Positions 30,666 to 40,895 are shown, counted from the stretch's first letter. The stretch: 64,000 bases of DNA from an uncultured Ruficoccus sp. (GCA_965140785.1 OZ223510.1:32001-96000); one strand, 5' to 3'. The notes: generated by a model not told the origin, from the letters alone. Program-made: numbers and translations.

Positions 30666-31175
30666 TTAGCCCTGCTTCGGGTAAACCTGTTCGCCGGTGT
30701 CGAGACCGTCCTGGATGTCGGCCTTGGACTTGATGAACTGGACGTTCGGGCCGGTCTTTTCCCAGTCAAAGGTCTTGCCCAGCACATAGTACGTGGCGGG
30801 GAGCTTGGGCAGGTCCTTGAGGGTGACGCTGGCCTTGGCGCTTGAGATGACCTGCGCGGCCATACCGTCGGTGTCCTTGTGGAGGGAGGCGATGACCCAC
30901 AGCTCCTGACCGACGACCCAGGCCTCGTCGATTTTCAGGCTCCAGGCGGGGGAGGGCACGGCCAGGGTAATGCTGATCACCTGTTCGGCCAGGATGGGCA
31001 CATTGCCGCTCTCGGGCGGTTTACTCTGGACGTTATCGGCCAGTTCCTGGATGCCCTCGGCCATGGGGGCGGTGTATTCCTTTTCGGCCTTTTCGGCGGT
31101 TTTGCTATCACAGCCGGAAAGCAGGCCGAGCAGGGGGAGGGCAAGTAAAGCGGGTAGCAGGCGTGTCAGTTTCAT
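30666..31175 (-). CDS. Hypothetical lipoprotein
   Basis: Lipobox LLSGC after a hydrophobic leader. Confidence 0.8.
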   Translation of the reverse strand: MKLTRLLPALLALPLLGLLSGCDSKTAEKAEKEYTAPMAEGIQELADNVQSKPPESGNVPILAEQVISITLAVPSPAWSLKIDEAWVVGQELWVIASLHKDTDGMAAQVISSAKASVTLKDLPKLPATYYVLGKTFDWEKTGPNVQFIKSKADIQDGLDTGEQVYPKQG

Positions 31176-31239
31176 AACAGCTAAACTAGGGCCCCGCCCC
31201 CGGTCCCGGCAAGCGCATTCAACTGTCGTTACTTTGGGA

Positions 31240-31271
31240 GTTTGAACGTTTGAGAGTTTGAGGGTTTGAAA
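31240..31271 (+). repeat. Imperfect 8-bp tandem repeat (gtttgaNN x4) followed by a G9 run
   Basis: gtttgaac gtttgaga gtttgagg gtttgaaa. Confidence 0.7.
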
Positions 31272-31403
31272 GTTGGGGGGGGGAGGCGAAGCACCGAAGT
31301 AGCCACCCGCTTTACTCGCCCCCGCCCAAACCGCTCCGGGGGGTAGCCGCCTTTCTGGCGGCGTAGGGGCGTAAGCCCCTCAAAGTCCAGTGCGGCCACG
31401 CAC

Positions 31404-31934
31404 TTACTCGATCAGGACGAGGGTGCCGGAGGGGACGGCGTCGTAGAGTTCGATGACTTCGGCGTTGCGCAGCAGGACGCAGCCGTGGCTGCGGGCGTTG
31501 GCGAAGTCCGCCTCGAGATTCGTCCCGTGGATGTAAATATAGCGGTCGTGGCTGTCGCAGCCGGGACCGGCATTGTGGCCGGGTTCGAGCCCGCGCAGCC
31601 AGAGGATGCGTGTGGTGACGAAGTTGCGGGCTTCCTCGTGCTCCCAGTAACATTTGCCGGTGGGCACGCGTCCGATGAAGACCATCCCCTCCGGCGCGCT
31701 GTCGCCGATTTTCTCATCGACGACGTGCAACCCGGTCGGCGTGCCGAGCGAATTTTCCACGCACGAGGGCGGATTGACCCCGAAGGCGGTGTCGTAGGTG
31801 CGCACGAGCCGCCCCTCGCAAAAGTGCTTCAGTTTCTTCTCGCCAAGCGAGACGTGAAGCGCATGCTTTGTCGGTTCAATTGACAGCCGGGAGCACTCGG
31901 CTAATATTCTATCCAAACCGTTAATCACCACCAT
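31404..31934 (-). CDS. L,D-transpeptidase (YkuD) family protein
   Basis: Motifs GTPTG, YIYIHGTN, SHGCVLL. Start uncertain. Confidence 0.9.
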   Translation of the reverse strand: MVVINGLDRILAECSRLSIEPTKHALHVSLGEKKLKHFCEGRLVRTYDTAFGVNPPSCVENSLGTPTGLHVVDEKIGDSAPEGMVFIGRVPTGKCYWEHEEARNFVTTRILWLRGLEPGHNAGPGCDSHDRYIYIHGTNLEADFANARSHGCVLLRNAEVIELYDAVPSGTLVLIE

Positions 31935-32949
31935 GAGCTATCGAGTCGGCATTGTCGGCGCCACAGGCGCCGTAGGTCAAGAACTGATCGAACTGCTCCA
32001 TCGGCGGAACTTCCCGATGGACTCCCTGACGCTGCTTGCGTCCAAGCGTTCGACCGGCAAGACCATCACCTGGGAAGACAAGTCCTGGGTCGTCGAGGAA
32101 GCCGAACCGACCGCTTTCGATAAGCTCGATATCGCTATTTTCAGCGCCGGGGCTTCTATTTCAAAGGAGCTCGGTCCCGAGGCCGTCAAGCGAGGCTGTG
32201 TGGTGGTCGATAACAGCTCGGCCTTCCGCATGGACGCCGATGTGCCGCTGGTTGTGCCCGAGGTCAACGCCGAGGCCATGCGCAACCACAAGGGTATCAT
32301 CGCCAACCCCAACTGCTCGACCGCCGTTGCGCTGATGGGGCTGTACCCGCTGCACGAAGCCTTTGGGCTGAAGCGTTTTTTCGCCGCTACCTACCAGGCC
32401 GTCTCCGGCGCCGGGGCTTCGGCCATGACTGAACTGGTGGACCAAGTCCACGCCTGGACCAAGGGCGAACCGCTGAAGGTGGAGAAGTTCCCGTACCAGA
32501 TCGCCTTTAACGTGCTCCCGCACGTGGACGTTTTCTACGAAGACGGCTACACGAAGGAAGAGCACAAGATGCTCAACGAGTGCCGCAAAATCATGAGCCT
32601 GCCCGGCCTGCGTGCCTCCACCACCTGCGTGCGCGTGCCCGTGCTGCGGGCGCACAGCATCGCCATCAACGCCGAGTTCGAGCGTCCCGTGGACCTGGCC
32701 AAGGCCCGTGAGGTTATTGGTGGTTTCGCTGGGGCCGAACTGCGTGACGATGTCGCCAACAAGGTTTACCCGATGCCCCTGGACTACTCCGGCAAGGAGA
32801 AGTGCGGGGTGGGGCGCCTGCGCATCGACTCGGCCCTTGACAATGGCCTGTCCCTCTGGGTCGTGGGCGACCAGCTCTGGAAGGGCGCGGCGCTCAACGC
32901 CGTTCAGATTGCCGAGGCGCTGCACGAACAGTCCGCGCTGGCCGGATAA
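31933..32949 (+). CDS. asd: Aspartate-semialdehyde dehydrogenase
   Basis: Motifs VGATGAVG, DNSSAFRM, VVPEVN, ANPNCST, CVRVPV, GAALNAVQIAE. Confidence 0.98.
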   Translation: MSYRVGIVGATGAVGQELIELLHRRNFPMDSLTLLASKRSTGKTITWEDKSWVVEEAEPTAFDKLDIAIFSAGASISKELGPEAVKRGCVVVDNSSAFRMDADVPLVVPEVNAEAMRNHKGIIANPNCSTAVALMGLYPLHEAFGLKRFFAATYQAVSGAGASAMTELVDQVHAWTKGEPLKVEKFPYQIAFNVLPHVDVFYEDGYTKEEHKMLNECRKIMSLPGLRASTTCVRVPVLRAHSIAINAEFERPVDLAKAREVIGGFAGAELRDDVANKVYPMPLDYSGKEKCGVGRLRIDSALDNGLSLWVVGDQLWKGAALNAVQIAEALHEQSALAG

Positions 32950-33278
32950 GCCGCTATCGCCTTTCACCAGGATGCGCTCCGGTGGACATCGGGCGCGGAG
33001 CTGATCCAGCACGTTGTCGATACGGAGGAGAACCCGGGTTCCGGCGAAGCTTTTGTCGGCATTTCAGGTCTTCAGTCCCGAAGAAAAGCCGCAACGGGCA
33101 ATTCGGGGTCGTGCCGAGCGGATTGCTGGATGCGGACCCCGGCTTGAAGCCCCAGGCGAATATTTACTGGGCAGCGCATGCTCCCTGGTATGTGCCGCCG
33201 AATCAAATTGAGAGGCATGAAGGGTTATTGCCGGGTAAGTCGAGAGAAGGGACGGCGACCGAAGACGCGCAAAAATAA
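32950..33278 (+). pseudogene. GFA/CENP-V family remnant
   Basis: DALRWTSGAELI..NPG, frameshift, then FRRSFCRHFRSSVP..VPSGLLDADPGLKPQANIYWAAHAPWY. The 5' end is missing and the CxxCG motif is degraded. Confidence 0.65.
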
Positions 33279-33398
33279 ACGTATCTACCAGAGCCATGCG
33301 CGCGTCTGCCACTTGCCCGGAACGGTAGCCACCACCCGTCCAATAAAAGGCTTGCCCCTGCCGCCGGGGTCGCCAAGATACCGTCCCTTTCCTGAAGG

Positions 33399-33475
33399 GG
33401 GCGCTTAGCTCAGTTGGCTAGAGCAACTGGTTTACACCCAGTAGGTCGCAGGTTCGAGCCCTGCAGCGCCCACCA
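33399..33475 (+). tRNA. tRNA-Val (anticodon TAC)
   Basis: Acceptor stem GGGCGCT/AGCGCCC, anticodon arm actgg-tttacac-ccagt, GGTTCGAG T-loop, encoded CCA. Confidence 0.97.
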
Positions 33476-33579
33476 CTGTAAAAGCCTGCGAAGGACCTTG
33501 AATAAAGGGCACGGGAGGCAGTTTCGGTGGTCGGCTCCCACTTTTCGTACCAGAGCGATGAGACACTGGCTGGAGCGGG

Positions 33580-34329
33580 TCACCGCTTTTGTCCATTTTT
33601 GACGCTTGCCTCTGAGCTTCCCAGCTCGGCCAGGATGGCTTCCTTGCATTTTATGAGCCGGGGGAGGTATTTATGGGCGGTCTTGGGGCCGATTTTCGGA
33701 GAGCTGAAGCCGATGGCTGCCTGGAAGTTGTCGTTGATGGAGAGCGCCAGGGTATTATCATGTTGGGCGTATCCGCGCTCGCGCACCTCCGCCAACTTGT
33801 CCAGCAGTTGGTCTATCGAGTCGAATTTCGGCATTGGGTGGCCGGCATAGAGTTGCCGGATCGCATCATCGCTCTCAAGTGCCAGCAGCGCCACGCCGAG
33901 GCCAGACACGGTGGCGGGCCAGATGTCGAAGCTCCCGATCGCCTGTTCCAGGGGTTGGTCCGGGTCTGCGTGGTAGAGGTAGGAGACAGAGCGGTTCCAT
34001 AGCACTCCCATGGCAGTGATCATGTTCAGATCTTTATGGAGCTCGGAGAGAGGCTTGATGGCCTTATAAAAACCGGAGGCATGCATCGTCTGCGTCGCCA
34101 GAACGGGTACGGCGGGGCCGGCGGCATACTTGCGCTTCTCGGTCCATCGCAGCATACCGGAGGCGGCCAGGGTGCGTAAAATCCGATGCACGCGGGTGGT
34201 TTCCAATCCCATTTCCTTGGCGACCTGCCCGACCCCAACTGGTGCCGAATGGCTGAGCACTTCCTGCAGGCAGCGTATGCCATCGATCAGGCTTTTGTTG
34301 GGTTGCTTGGGTAATGCTGGAATGGCCAT
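33580..34329 (-). CDS. IclR family transcriptional regulator
   Basis: NKSLIDGIRCL..VGVGQVAKEMGLETTRVHRILRTL; SGLGVALLA; EVRERGYA. Confidence 0.9.
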   Translation of the reverse strand: MAIPALPKQPNKSLIDGIRCLQEVLSHSAPVGVGQVAKEMGLETTRVHRILRTLAASGMLRWTEKRKYAAGPAVPVLATQTMHASGFYKAIKPLSELHKDLNMITAMGVLWNRSVSYLYHADPDQPLEQAIGSFDIWPATVSGLGVALLALESDDAIRQLYAGHPMPKFDSIDQLLDKLAEVRERGYAQHDNTLALSINDNFQAAIGFSSPKIGPKTAHKYLPRLIKCKEAILAELGSSEASVKNGQKR

Positions 34330-34392
34330 TTTAATTTTATTTATAGCAAACGTACGCGGTTGGCAAGTTCAAGCTTAGACACGTTTGCATAT

Positions 34393-36175
34393 TCAGTAAA
34401 CCTCTCGCTCAGTTTCTCCCAGACTGTTGTGTCTTATATCATGGGCTAGAGACGAAATGGCTGAATGGCTGTTCGGCGGGTATTCTCTGTCACGACCCAG
34501 TCCTCCAAGCGGTGGTGAGGGGGGGTAGGCGGTGCTGGACTCGAGAGTGTTGCCCTGGAGGGTGAGTCCGTCCACGCAGCGGGCATAGATGAGGCCCTTG
34601 TCGAAGACGATAAAGTGATTGTTGGTGATGGATATGCCTGAGTGATATTTATCCTCGCGGTAATGCTCGGGCGAGATCTCCGGGTCGATCGCGATGATGC
34701 CCCGGCCCCAGATACCATACCCGCAGTTGTCGAAGACATTATTCTCGATATGGACCTCACGCACCGCCCCCGATTCATACCAACTGTTGGCATCGCCGGA
34801 AATCTTGATCGCCGAGCCCCCGTGATGAAAGGTGTTGTCGGTGATGAGGACGTGTCCGCCGGAACTGATCAGGGGGCCTCTCGCCCGGTTTTTGCCGAAG
34901 CTGCAGTGGCTGATCTCCACGTCCGGGACCCAGTGGAGGGATTCCAGGCAGTCGCCGCAGGCAGTGCCCGCTGGCAGCGGGTCTTCCAGCTCGACCAGCC
35001 AGCGGTAGCGGTTAATCATCTCGACCCGGCGCACGCCAGTTTGCCCGAGCGGGAGCAGCGTATGGCGGTCGATGATGCGTATGAGAGTACCGGCATCCAC
35101 GGAGCAAATCCCCGCCTGCTCGTCGTGCGCGTTCACGATCTCGATCTGGCGCGGACTATGTATGCGCCGGATGGGGCTGTAGATGCCGTGAACATTGACC
35201 GGGTCATCCATCATGTTCTCGAACTGGCAATGGTGCAGGCGGATACTCCCGCGGCAGCAGGAGAAGTGGCTGGCGTCGGCGAAGGTCGAGACCATGCGCC
35301 GAGAGCCGGGGGGAGGCATAACTGTGCAATGCTCAAGGCTCAGGGTCTCCGAGCGTTGGGCGATGATGCCCATGGCTCCCGCGTGGTGGATGGTGATCGT
35401 TTGCAGCGTGATGTCCCGGCTCTCACTGATGCAGATGCCGAAGCTGTCCCGGTGGTCATGGGTGAGGACAAGGATATTGCCGGGACGGGGCAGGGGAGAG
35501 GGGTAATTGACGGCGAGCCGGATCAGCCGGTCTCCCGCCTCGCGGACATGATACGCCGGCACGCGGTAGTGGTCCCGTGCGAGGTAGGCGGGCTCTCGGC
35601 GCGTGCGATCGAACTCCAGCGCATGCAGGTACGTATCCCGCCGGAAATGCGCGCCACCGAAGCTGCCCTGAATATAGTCCGGACCATGAAACCAGATGCG
35701 CCCCGTTCTCAAAAAAGTAAGGGTGTTCCTCGTCCATATGCAGCGTGACGGACTGCGGCGTGGCTTCGAGCACCTCTCCCTGGCTGAAGGTGGGCCGCAC
35801 CGTGTCGATGGAAAAATCGCGCAGCCGAACCGCCTCGCAGCTCTCGATCAGGAACGGGCAAATCCGCCCGTGAAAGACGAAGCGCGACCCGCCGCCGTCG
35901 ATCTCCACCCCGCGCAACCCGATGAGCGGGAAGGCGATCCGTTTGAGCCCCTCGTGGTTGTTGGAGACGAAGCAGAAACGCTCCGTTGCTTCGTCCGCGT
36001 GGAAGTGGTACTCGCCCTGCGGGAAAAACAGCCGCTTGATCTTTCCCGCGTGCAGGGCCTTGAGAGCCCGGCGCAACGCCGGAGTCGCGTCCCCGGCCTC
36101 CGACGGAGCGTAATGCAGAAAGCTTTCCTCCTCAGGGCAGGCGGGCGGGAGCAGGGGATGAGGGAGGACGGGCAT
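34393..36175 (-). pseudogene. GH110-like (alpha-galactosidase-type) beta-helix enzyme, split by one frameshift
   Basis: FVSNNHEGLKRIAF.. then ENG|RIWFHG; ADASHFSCCRG, ENMMDDPVNVHG, NRARG, WYESGAVR. Extra base in the C4 run at 35701-35704. Confidence 0.85.
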
Positions 36176-36263
36176 GGGAATAATCAGGGACTTGGAAGTC
36201 GTCGTATAGCTGTGCCATGCGCCTTGCTCCCAATGTGATTTTAGGGTTGACGTAAGCTAAAAA

Positions 36264-36278
36264 TTGCTATTAATGCAA
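36264..36278. promoter_or_regulatory. Candidate IclR operator
   Basis: TTGCTATTAATGCAA in the divergent promoter, just downstream of TTGACG at 36247. Confidence 0.6.
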
Positions 36279-36310
36279 GATTATACTTCTCTAACCTCAT
36301 ATAATTCACC

Positions 36311-37171
36311 ATGAAATTAGCCCCGACCCTTACCCTCCTCATGCTGGCCTCCGCCCCCGCTTTCAGCTTCACGGCCAGTGTTGATTTTAATAATGTCAGT
36401 GCCGCGACCTTGAAGGGGCAAGGCTCGGGTATCGGATTTGAGCCGGGCAGTGACTGGTCGAGTGGTTCATCTGCCATTAAAGTGGCTGACGATGACTTGG
36501 CGGCACCGGCTTACACGAACTACGGTTTATCTCAAAGCACTGGGTCAGGGCTGGTACCGCGCCATGTTTATGCACAGGTGTCGACGACCCAGCCGTTTGA
36601 TGATGCATCGAGTCGGCAAAACGGGCGTAATCTCGAAAGTACCATTAGCTCCGGGACTGTATGGATATCCTTTCTGGCAGCGGCGCCGACTGGCACTGAT
36701 ACGTCTTGGGCGGGTGTGGGGCTGGACCCCAGTGCATCTTTCTCCGGATTTTCCAACAGCCCGCTGATTGGCGTCGATTCCACGGGTTCGCTTTTTTATA
36801 GCTCAGACGGCTTCAACCTCGACCCGGGCACTTTTATCTCGGGAGTGGCCTCGAGCGACGGCTCGGCTAATCTGGTCCTGGCCAGTTTCGATCTGGATGC
36901 AGGAACGCTGAGTGTCTGGGTCAACCCGGATGTCGATAACCGGGGCGTGGCCGACCTGACGTCCTCGGAGCTGGGCACCATTGCCTCCACCGGCATCAGC
37001 CGCATCGGCGTGGGCGGTGTCAATAGCGGCGAAATCGACGCTGTCTATCTGAGCAACGACGTGGATGCCTACCAGCAGGTAACCGGTTCGAGTATTCCCG
37101 AGCCCGCCACCTGGGCTGCTATGGCCGGTGTGCTCGCGCTGGCGATTGCCGCGATGCGCCGCCGTCGCTAG
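36311..37171 (+). CDS. PEP-CTERM surface protein
   Basis: Signal peptide; C-terminal IPEPATWAAMAGVLALAIAAMRRRR. Confidence 0.93.
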   Translation: MKLAPTLTLLMLASAPAFSFTASVDFNNVSAATLKGQGSGIGFEPGSDWSSGSSAIKVADDDLAAPAYTNYGLSQSTGSGLVPRHVYAQVSTTQPFDDASSRQNGRNLESTISSGTVWISFLAAAPTGTDTSWAGVGLDPSASFSGFSNSPLIGVDSTGSLFYSSDGFNLDPGTFISGVASSDGSANLVLASFDLDAGTLSVWVNPDVDNRGVADLTSSELGTIASTGISRIGVGGVNSGEIDAVYLSNDVDAYQQVTGSSIPEPATWAAMAGVLALAIAAMRRRR

Positions 37172-37323
37172 TGTCCCGTCCGGTAAGTTCTTAAGAAAAT
37201 TACAAAGGCCACAAAAAGGCACAAAAAACACAAACAGGATGTTTCCAATGTCGTACGCTTGTGAGCTGACTACTTTTGCGCCTTTTCGTGCCTAATTACT
37301 TATTTCAATTACTGGTCGGACAC
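37171..37323. mobile_element. Degenerate MITE/REP-like element of about 153 bp
   Basis: Imperfect ends gtgtcccgtccggtaa / ttactggtcggacac; internal inverted repeat aaaaggcacaaaa / ttttgcgcctttt. Confidence 0.5.
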
Positions 37324-37366
37324 CCCATTAGAAAGTCGCCTTCGCCCTATTGGCGATAGGATTTCG

Positions 37367-37393
37367 ACCGCCCGGTTTCGGGCGGTTTTTTTT
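37367..37393 (+). terminator. Intrinsic terminator
   Basis: accgcccg-gttt-cgggcggt followed by a T run. Confidence 0.85.
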
Positions 37394-37434
37394 GGATGGT
37401 GACCCGGTTATTTTGAAAAATGACTTGCAAAACT

Positions 37435-37449
37435 TTGCTAAATTAGCAA
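37435..37449. promoter_or_regulatory. Candidate IclR operator
   Basis: TTGCTAAATTAGCAA palindrome upstream of the 37534 operon. Confidence 0.65.
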
Positions 37450-37533
37450 TAAATAGATTCATTGAAAGGGTAATTACCACCCCGGAGTGGCACTTAGGCG
37501 TGCCGTAGACTAATTTAAGCCCCCAAGTATCCC

Positions 37534-40500
37534 ATGTCTCTTTTGTTGCCGACTTTGCGTTTTGTTTCCCGCTTCAGGATTTGTCGCGTCCTGTTGGTTG
37601 GATGGGTCTTGGCGCCGGGTTGGGTCAGCGCATCCTCGCCCTGGCAGCCGACGGCTCGCCCCGCCGTTGAGACGCTGTCGATCGCCACGACGGAAGCGGG
37701 CGAAGCGTTCGCCGTGGAGCCGACGCCGGATGCCCCTTGGCCGACCCGCGAAGCGGTCGTCCTGCCCGAGGCGGAGAAGAAGGCCGCCCTTCCCGTCGAG
37801 GCTTCACTGCCAGCGGGCGTGCGCATGATGAGTGTCTGGGTGCGCGATAACGGCCAGTCGCGAGCCGCGTTCAATTTCCGCGAAGCGGACGGGCGTGCCT
37901 TCACCGTGCATGAGGAGAATCTCGAAGCGCAGCCGTATTTTCGCGCGAGTGACGGGGTGCAGAAGCTGGCCCTGCGCATAGGGCCGTGGACGCGCAAGAG
38001 CGTTTATCTTCAGCCGGAGCACGCAGGGCTGGTGCTGGAGAGTCTGGACCTTCGCCGCCTGCGCGGGTCCGAGGGGGACTTTCTAGTCGGCGACCTTGAA
38101 GCCGAACTGGAGGCCACTCCTCCGCATGCCGCCACCGAGGTGTGGAAGCTCAAGGACGTGCAACTGCCCCGCCCGAGTTCGCTCTACTACACGGCGGCGC
38201 GTTTTTTCGAATACGGCTACGACGTGGCCCCCTACCTGCGCCTGGGGGCGCTGTCAGTTTTTTTCGATACAGCGCGACTGGACCGGGTCGAGCTGCTCCT
38301 GCGCACCACGACCTGGAAGCCCCTCTGGAGCGAAGCCACCGCTTACCGGGCGGACGGTATCGTCCCGTTGCCGCGTTGTTCGGAGGGCGCGTATTACCTG
38401 GAGATTCGCGGGTTTGACAAAAGCGGAACGCTCCTTGGCCGCGAGGAAATGGTCCTCGAAGTCCTGCGCAATGACGCGGATCGCACCGACCCGCTCCCTG
38501 ATTCGGTCGAGACGCCGTACACGATCGAGGGACTGGCCTACGGCAAGGCCGTGTCCGACTGCACCGGGCCGGTTTCGCTGAGCGTTAAGCTTAATCCTAA
38601 AACTTTGTCAGTCTCGACACCGCTGGACTACAACTGGCGGCTGACGGACATCCTGGGGCGTGAATACGGCGTCGGGCAAGGCACACTGCCCGACGCCGCT
38701 GCGCCCCTCCGCCTCACTTTCCAGCCTCCGCGGGCGGGCCGCTACGACCTGGACCTGACGGTGCGGGATCGCTCAGGGCGGCTTGTGCAGGCCATCCAGG
38801 AGCGGGTCTTTGTCTCGGAGGGCAAGCCCGCCGAGTTGCCGAGCGCCCCCGACGAGGAACTGACGCAAGAGGCGGGACAGGTACTGTTCGTCGCTAATGC
38901 CCACCTGCATCAGGATAAGAACCAGATCGAGCGCCTCTCCATCGATTACCTTCCCAGGCTGCTGGAGTGGATGCACGACGAGGAGATGACGCCCGTCATT
39001 CAGGTCGGGTGGAACGAACTCGAACCGGCGCAGGGACTTTACCAGTGGAGTATCATCGATGAGGTGCTCGACCAGTACGCCTCCGCGGAGCAACCGCTGA
39101 TGCTGGGAATACGCCTGCACGGGGACAATATCCCGGACTGGCTCTGGTTCGAGGAGACGATGAGCCAGAACCAGAAGACCATCCGCCACGACTACCACTA
39201 CATCTCGCCCATGGGGCCACGCTTCCAGCGGGAGCACATCCAGCTCTGGAAGGATATCGCGGAGCGCTACCGGCACGATCCCCGCGTGGCGGGCTACTTT
39301 GTCACGGCGGGGGCCTCGGAAGGTTTTCTCACTGACACCGGAAACCTGATCAGCGAGTACGCGCCGTTCGCCAGGCGGGATTTCCGGGATTGGCTGAAGG
39401 CGCGCTACGGCAATCTTGAGGCGCTCAACGCGTCATGGAAAAACAACTACACCAGTTGGGACGCGGTGCAGCCGCCGCTGCCGGACTTTACGCTGGAGTG
39501 GGAGTCGTCTCCGGCCTGGTGGGACTTTCACCAGTTCAAGCGCGACTTCGTCAAGCGCCACCTCGACACGCTGCAAGGAACCCTCCGCGAGGAGGACCCC
39601 GTGCGGCCCATGCTGATGTACGCCTACGCCGGGTTCGGTGACAACGGCGCACTCGCCCCGGTCTTTATCAAGAACCGCTTCCGCTTCAACCTGGGATCGG
39701 GGGAGTACCCCGACGGCTACCGCGCCAGCGCCGTCATGCGCAGCAACGGCGTGCAGACCACGGTCGAGTCTCACTATGTGCCGCCGAACGTCGGGGCGCT
39801 GGCCATGCTCTTCACCAACGGCATCATCCAGGGCGGATTTCAGGGGCAGATCCTCCAATACGGTATGGTCTGGACCAAGATCGAGCTGGAGGGGACCGAC
39901 GAGCAGGCCGGACGCGCGCAGATCATTGAGGGCGTGCGGGCCGTGGCCGATGAGCTTTCGCAGGCCGAGCCCGCCGTGCCGTGGGCGGGCTACTACTCGG
40001 GCGCCAGCAGCATGCTGCGCACCCGCTCGTTTCGCAACAACGGCTTCCGCCCCAGTCAGGAGCTTTACCGTGCCGCCAACGAGGGCATGCACCTGCCCGG
40101 CAGTTGGGTGGACGACACCAGCTCCTCTGAGGCGCTGGCGAAGTACCCGCTGCTGGTCGATGCGCACTCCGATGTGTTGACCCCGGAGGCGGTGGAGGAA
40201 CTGCTGGCCTACGTTGACACAGGCGGCACGCTCATCTGTGCCGCCGACACCGCCCGCTGGCAGCCGGGCTCGCCCGAACCGGTGGACAGCCTGCTCCATG
40301 CGCTGGGGGCGGACCGCGTGCAGCCGCTGGAGGGGCAGGGTGGAGGCGTCGGTCCCGAGGGCTATCCGGTTATTTTGAAAAAGCGCTATGCGCTTGATTG
40401 GAAACCTGGCGTGGGGGCGAGGGTGCTCTCCGCATCTGCCACCGGCCAGCCCGTCGTATGGGAGGTGCCTTATGGCCAGGGCCGGGTCGTGGTGGCAGCG

Positions 40501-40860
40501 GGACCGGTGGACTTTGATCGTTCGGCCCGCTGGCTGCAAGGGCAGCTGGAGCGCCGGGTCGGGCAAGCGCCGTTTCGCATCGAGGCGGCGGATACCGTGG
40601 CCGGGGTGCTGGAGTCGCCGCAAGCCTGGTGGATCGTGGCCACGCCGCAGATGCCGGACCGCAAGCTGAACCACACCCTGGGCGAAATGCAGCGCGCGCC
40701 GAGGGTTATGATGACCGCCACCGGCGAGTTCCCCGCCGGTGTGGAGTCGGTGAGCGATGTTATCTCCGGCCAGAGTTATACGGTCGAGGAGGGTTCCTTC
40801 CAGGCTGAGCTGATGCCCGGCTTTTTGCATCTTTTCCGCATCGCCAAACCCGCTCCCTGA
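37534..40860 (+). CDS. Large exported GH42-like (beta-galactosidase-type) protein with uncharacterised N-terminal beta domains
   Basis: WNELEPAQGLYQWSIID, FRDWLKARYGNLEALNASW, WWDFHQF; C-terminal trimerisation-like domain (YVDTGGTLI). Confidence 0.75.
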   Translation: MSLLLPTLRFVSRFRICRVLLVGWVLAPGWVSASSPWQPTARPAVETLSIATTEAGEAFAVEPTPDAPWPTREAVVLPEAEKKAALPVEASLPAGVRMMSVWVRDNGQSRAAFNFREADGRAFTVHEENLEAQPYFRASDGVQKLALRIGPWTRKSVYLQPEHAGLVLESLDLRRLRGSEGDFLVGDLEAELEATPPHAATEVWKLKDVQLPRPSSLYYTAARFFEYGYDVAPYLRLGALSVFFDTARLDRVELLLRTTTWKPLWSEATAYRADGIVPLPRCSEGAYYLEIRGFDKSGTLLGREEMVLEVLRNDADRTDPLPDSVETPYTIEGLAYGKAVSDCTGPVSLSVKLNPKTLSVSTPLDYNWRLTDILGREYGVGQGTLPDAAAPLRLTFQPPRAGRYDLDLTVRDRSGRLVQAIQERVFVSEGKPAELPSAPDEELTQEAGQVLFVANAHLHQDKNQIERLSIDYLPRLLEWMHDEEMTPVIQVGWNELEPAQGLYQWSIIDEVLDQYASAEQPLMLGIRLHGDNIPDWLWFEETMSQNQKTIRHDYHYISPMGPRFQREHIQLWKDIAERYRHDPRVAGYFVTAGASEGFLTDTGNLISEYAPFARRDFRDWLKARYGNLEALNASWKNNYTSWDAVQPPLPDFTLEWESSPAWWDFHQFKRDFVKRHLDTLQGTLREEDPVRPMLMYAYAGFGDNGALAPVFIKNRFRFNLGSGEYPDGYRASAVMRSNGVQTTVESHYVPPNVGALAMLFTNGIIQGGFQGQILQYGMVWTKIELEGTDEQAGRAQIIEGVRAVADELSQAEPAVPWAGYYSGASSMLRTRSFRNNGFRPSQELYRAANEGMHLPGSWVDDTSSSEALAKYPLLVDAHSDVLTPEAVEELLAYVDTGGTLICAADTARWQPGSPEPVDSLLHALGADRVQPLEGQGGGVGPEGYPVILKKRYALDWKPGVGARVLSASATGQPVVWEVPYGQGRVVVAAGPVDFDRSARWLQGQLERRVGQAPFRIEAADTVAGVLESPQAWWIVATPQMPDRKLNHTLGEMQRAPRVMMTATGEFPAGVESVSDVISGQSYTVEEGSFQAELMPGFLHLFRIAKPAP

Positions 40861-40895
40861 TGGGCGTTTTGTAGTAATTTTCGAATACAGCTAAT

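Noticed and set aside
33455..33475. att-site duplication of the tRNA-Val 3' end
   Set aside because: No second copy was noticed within the window.
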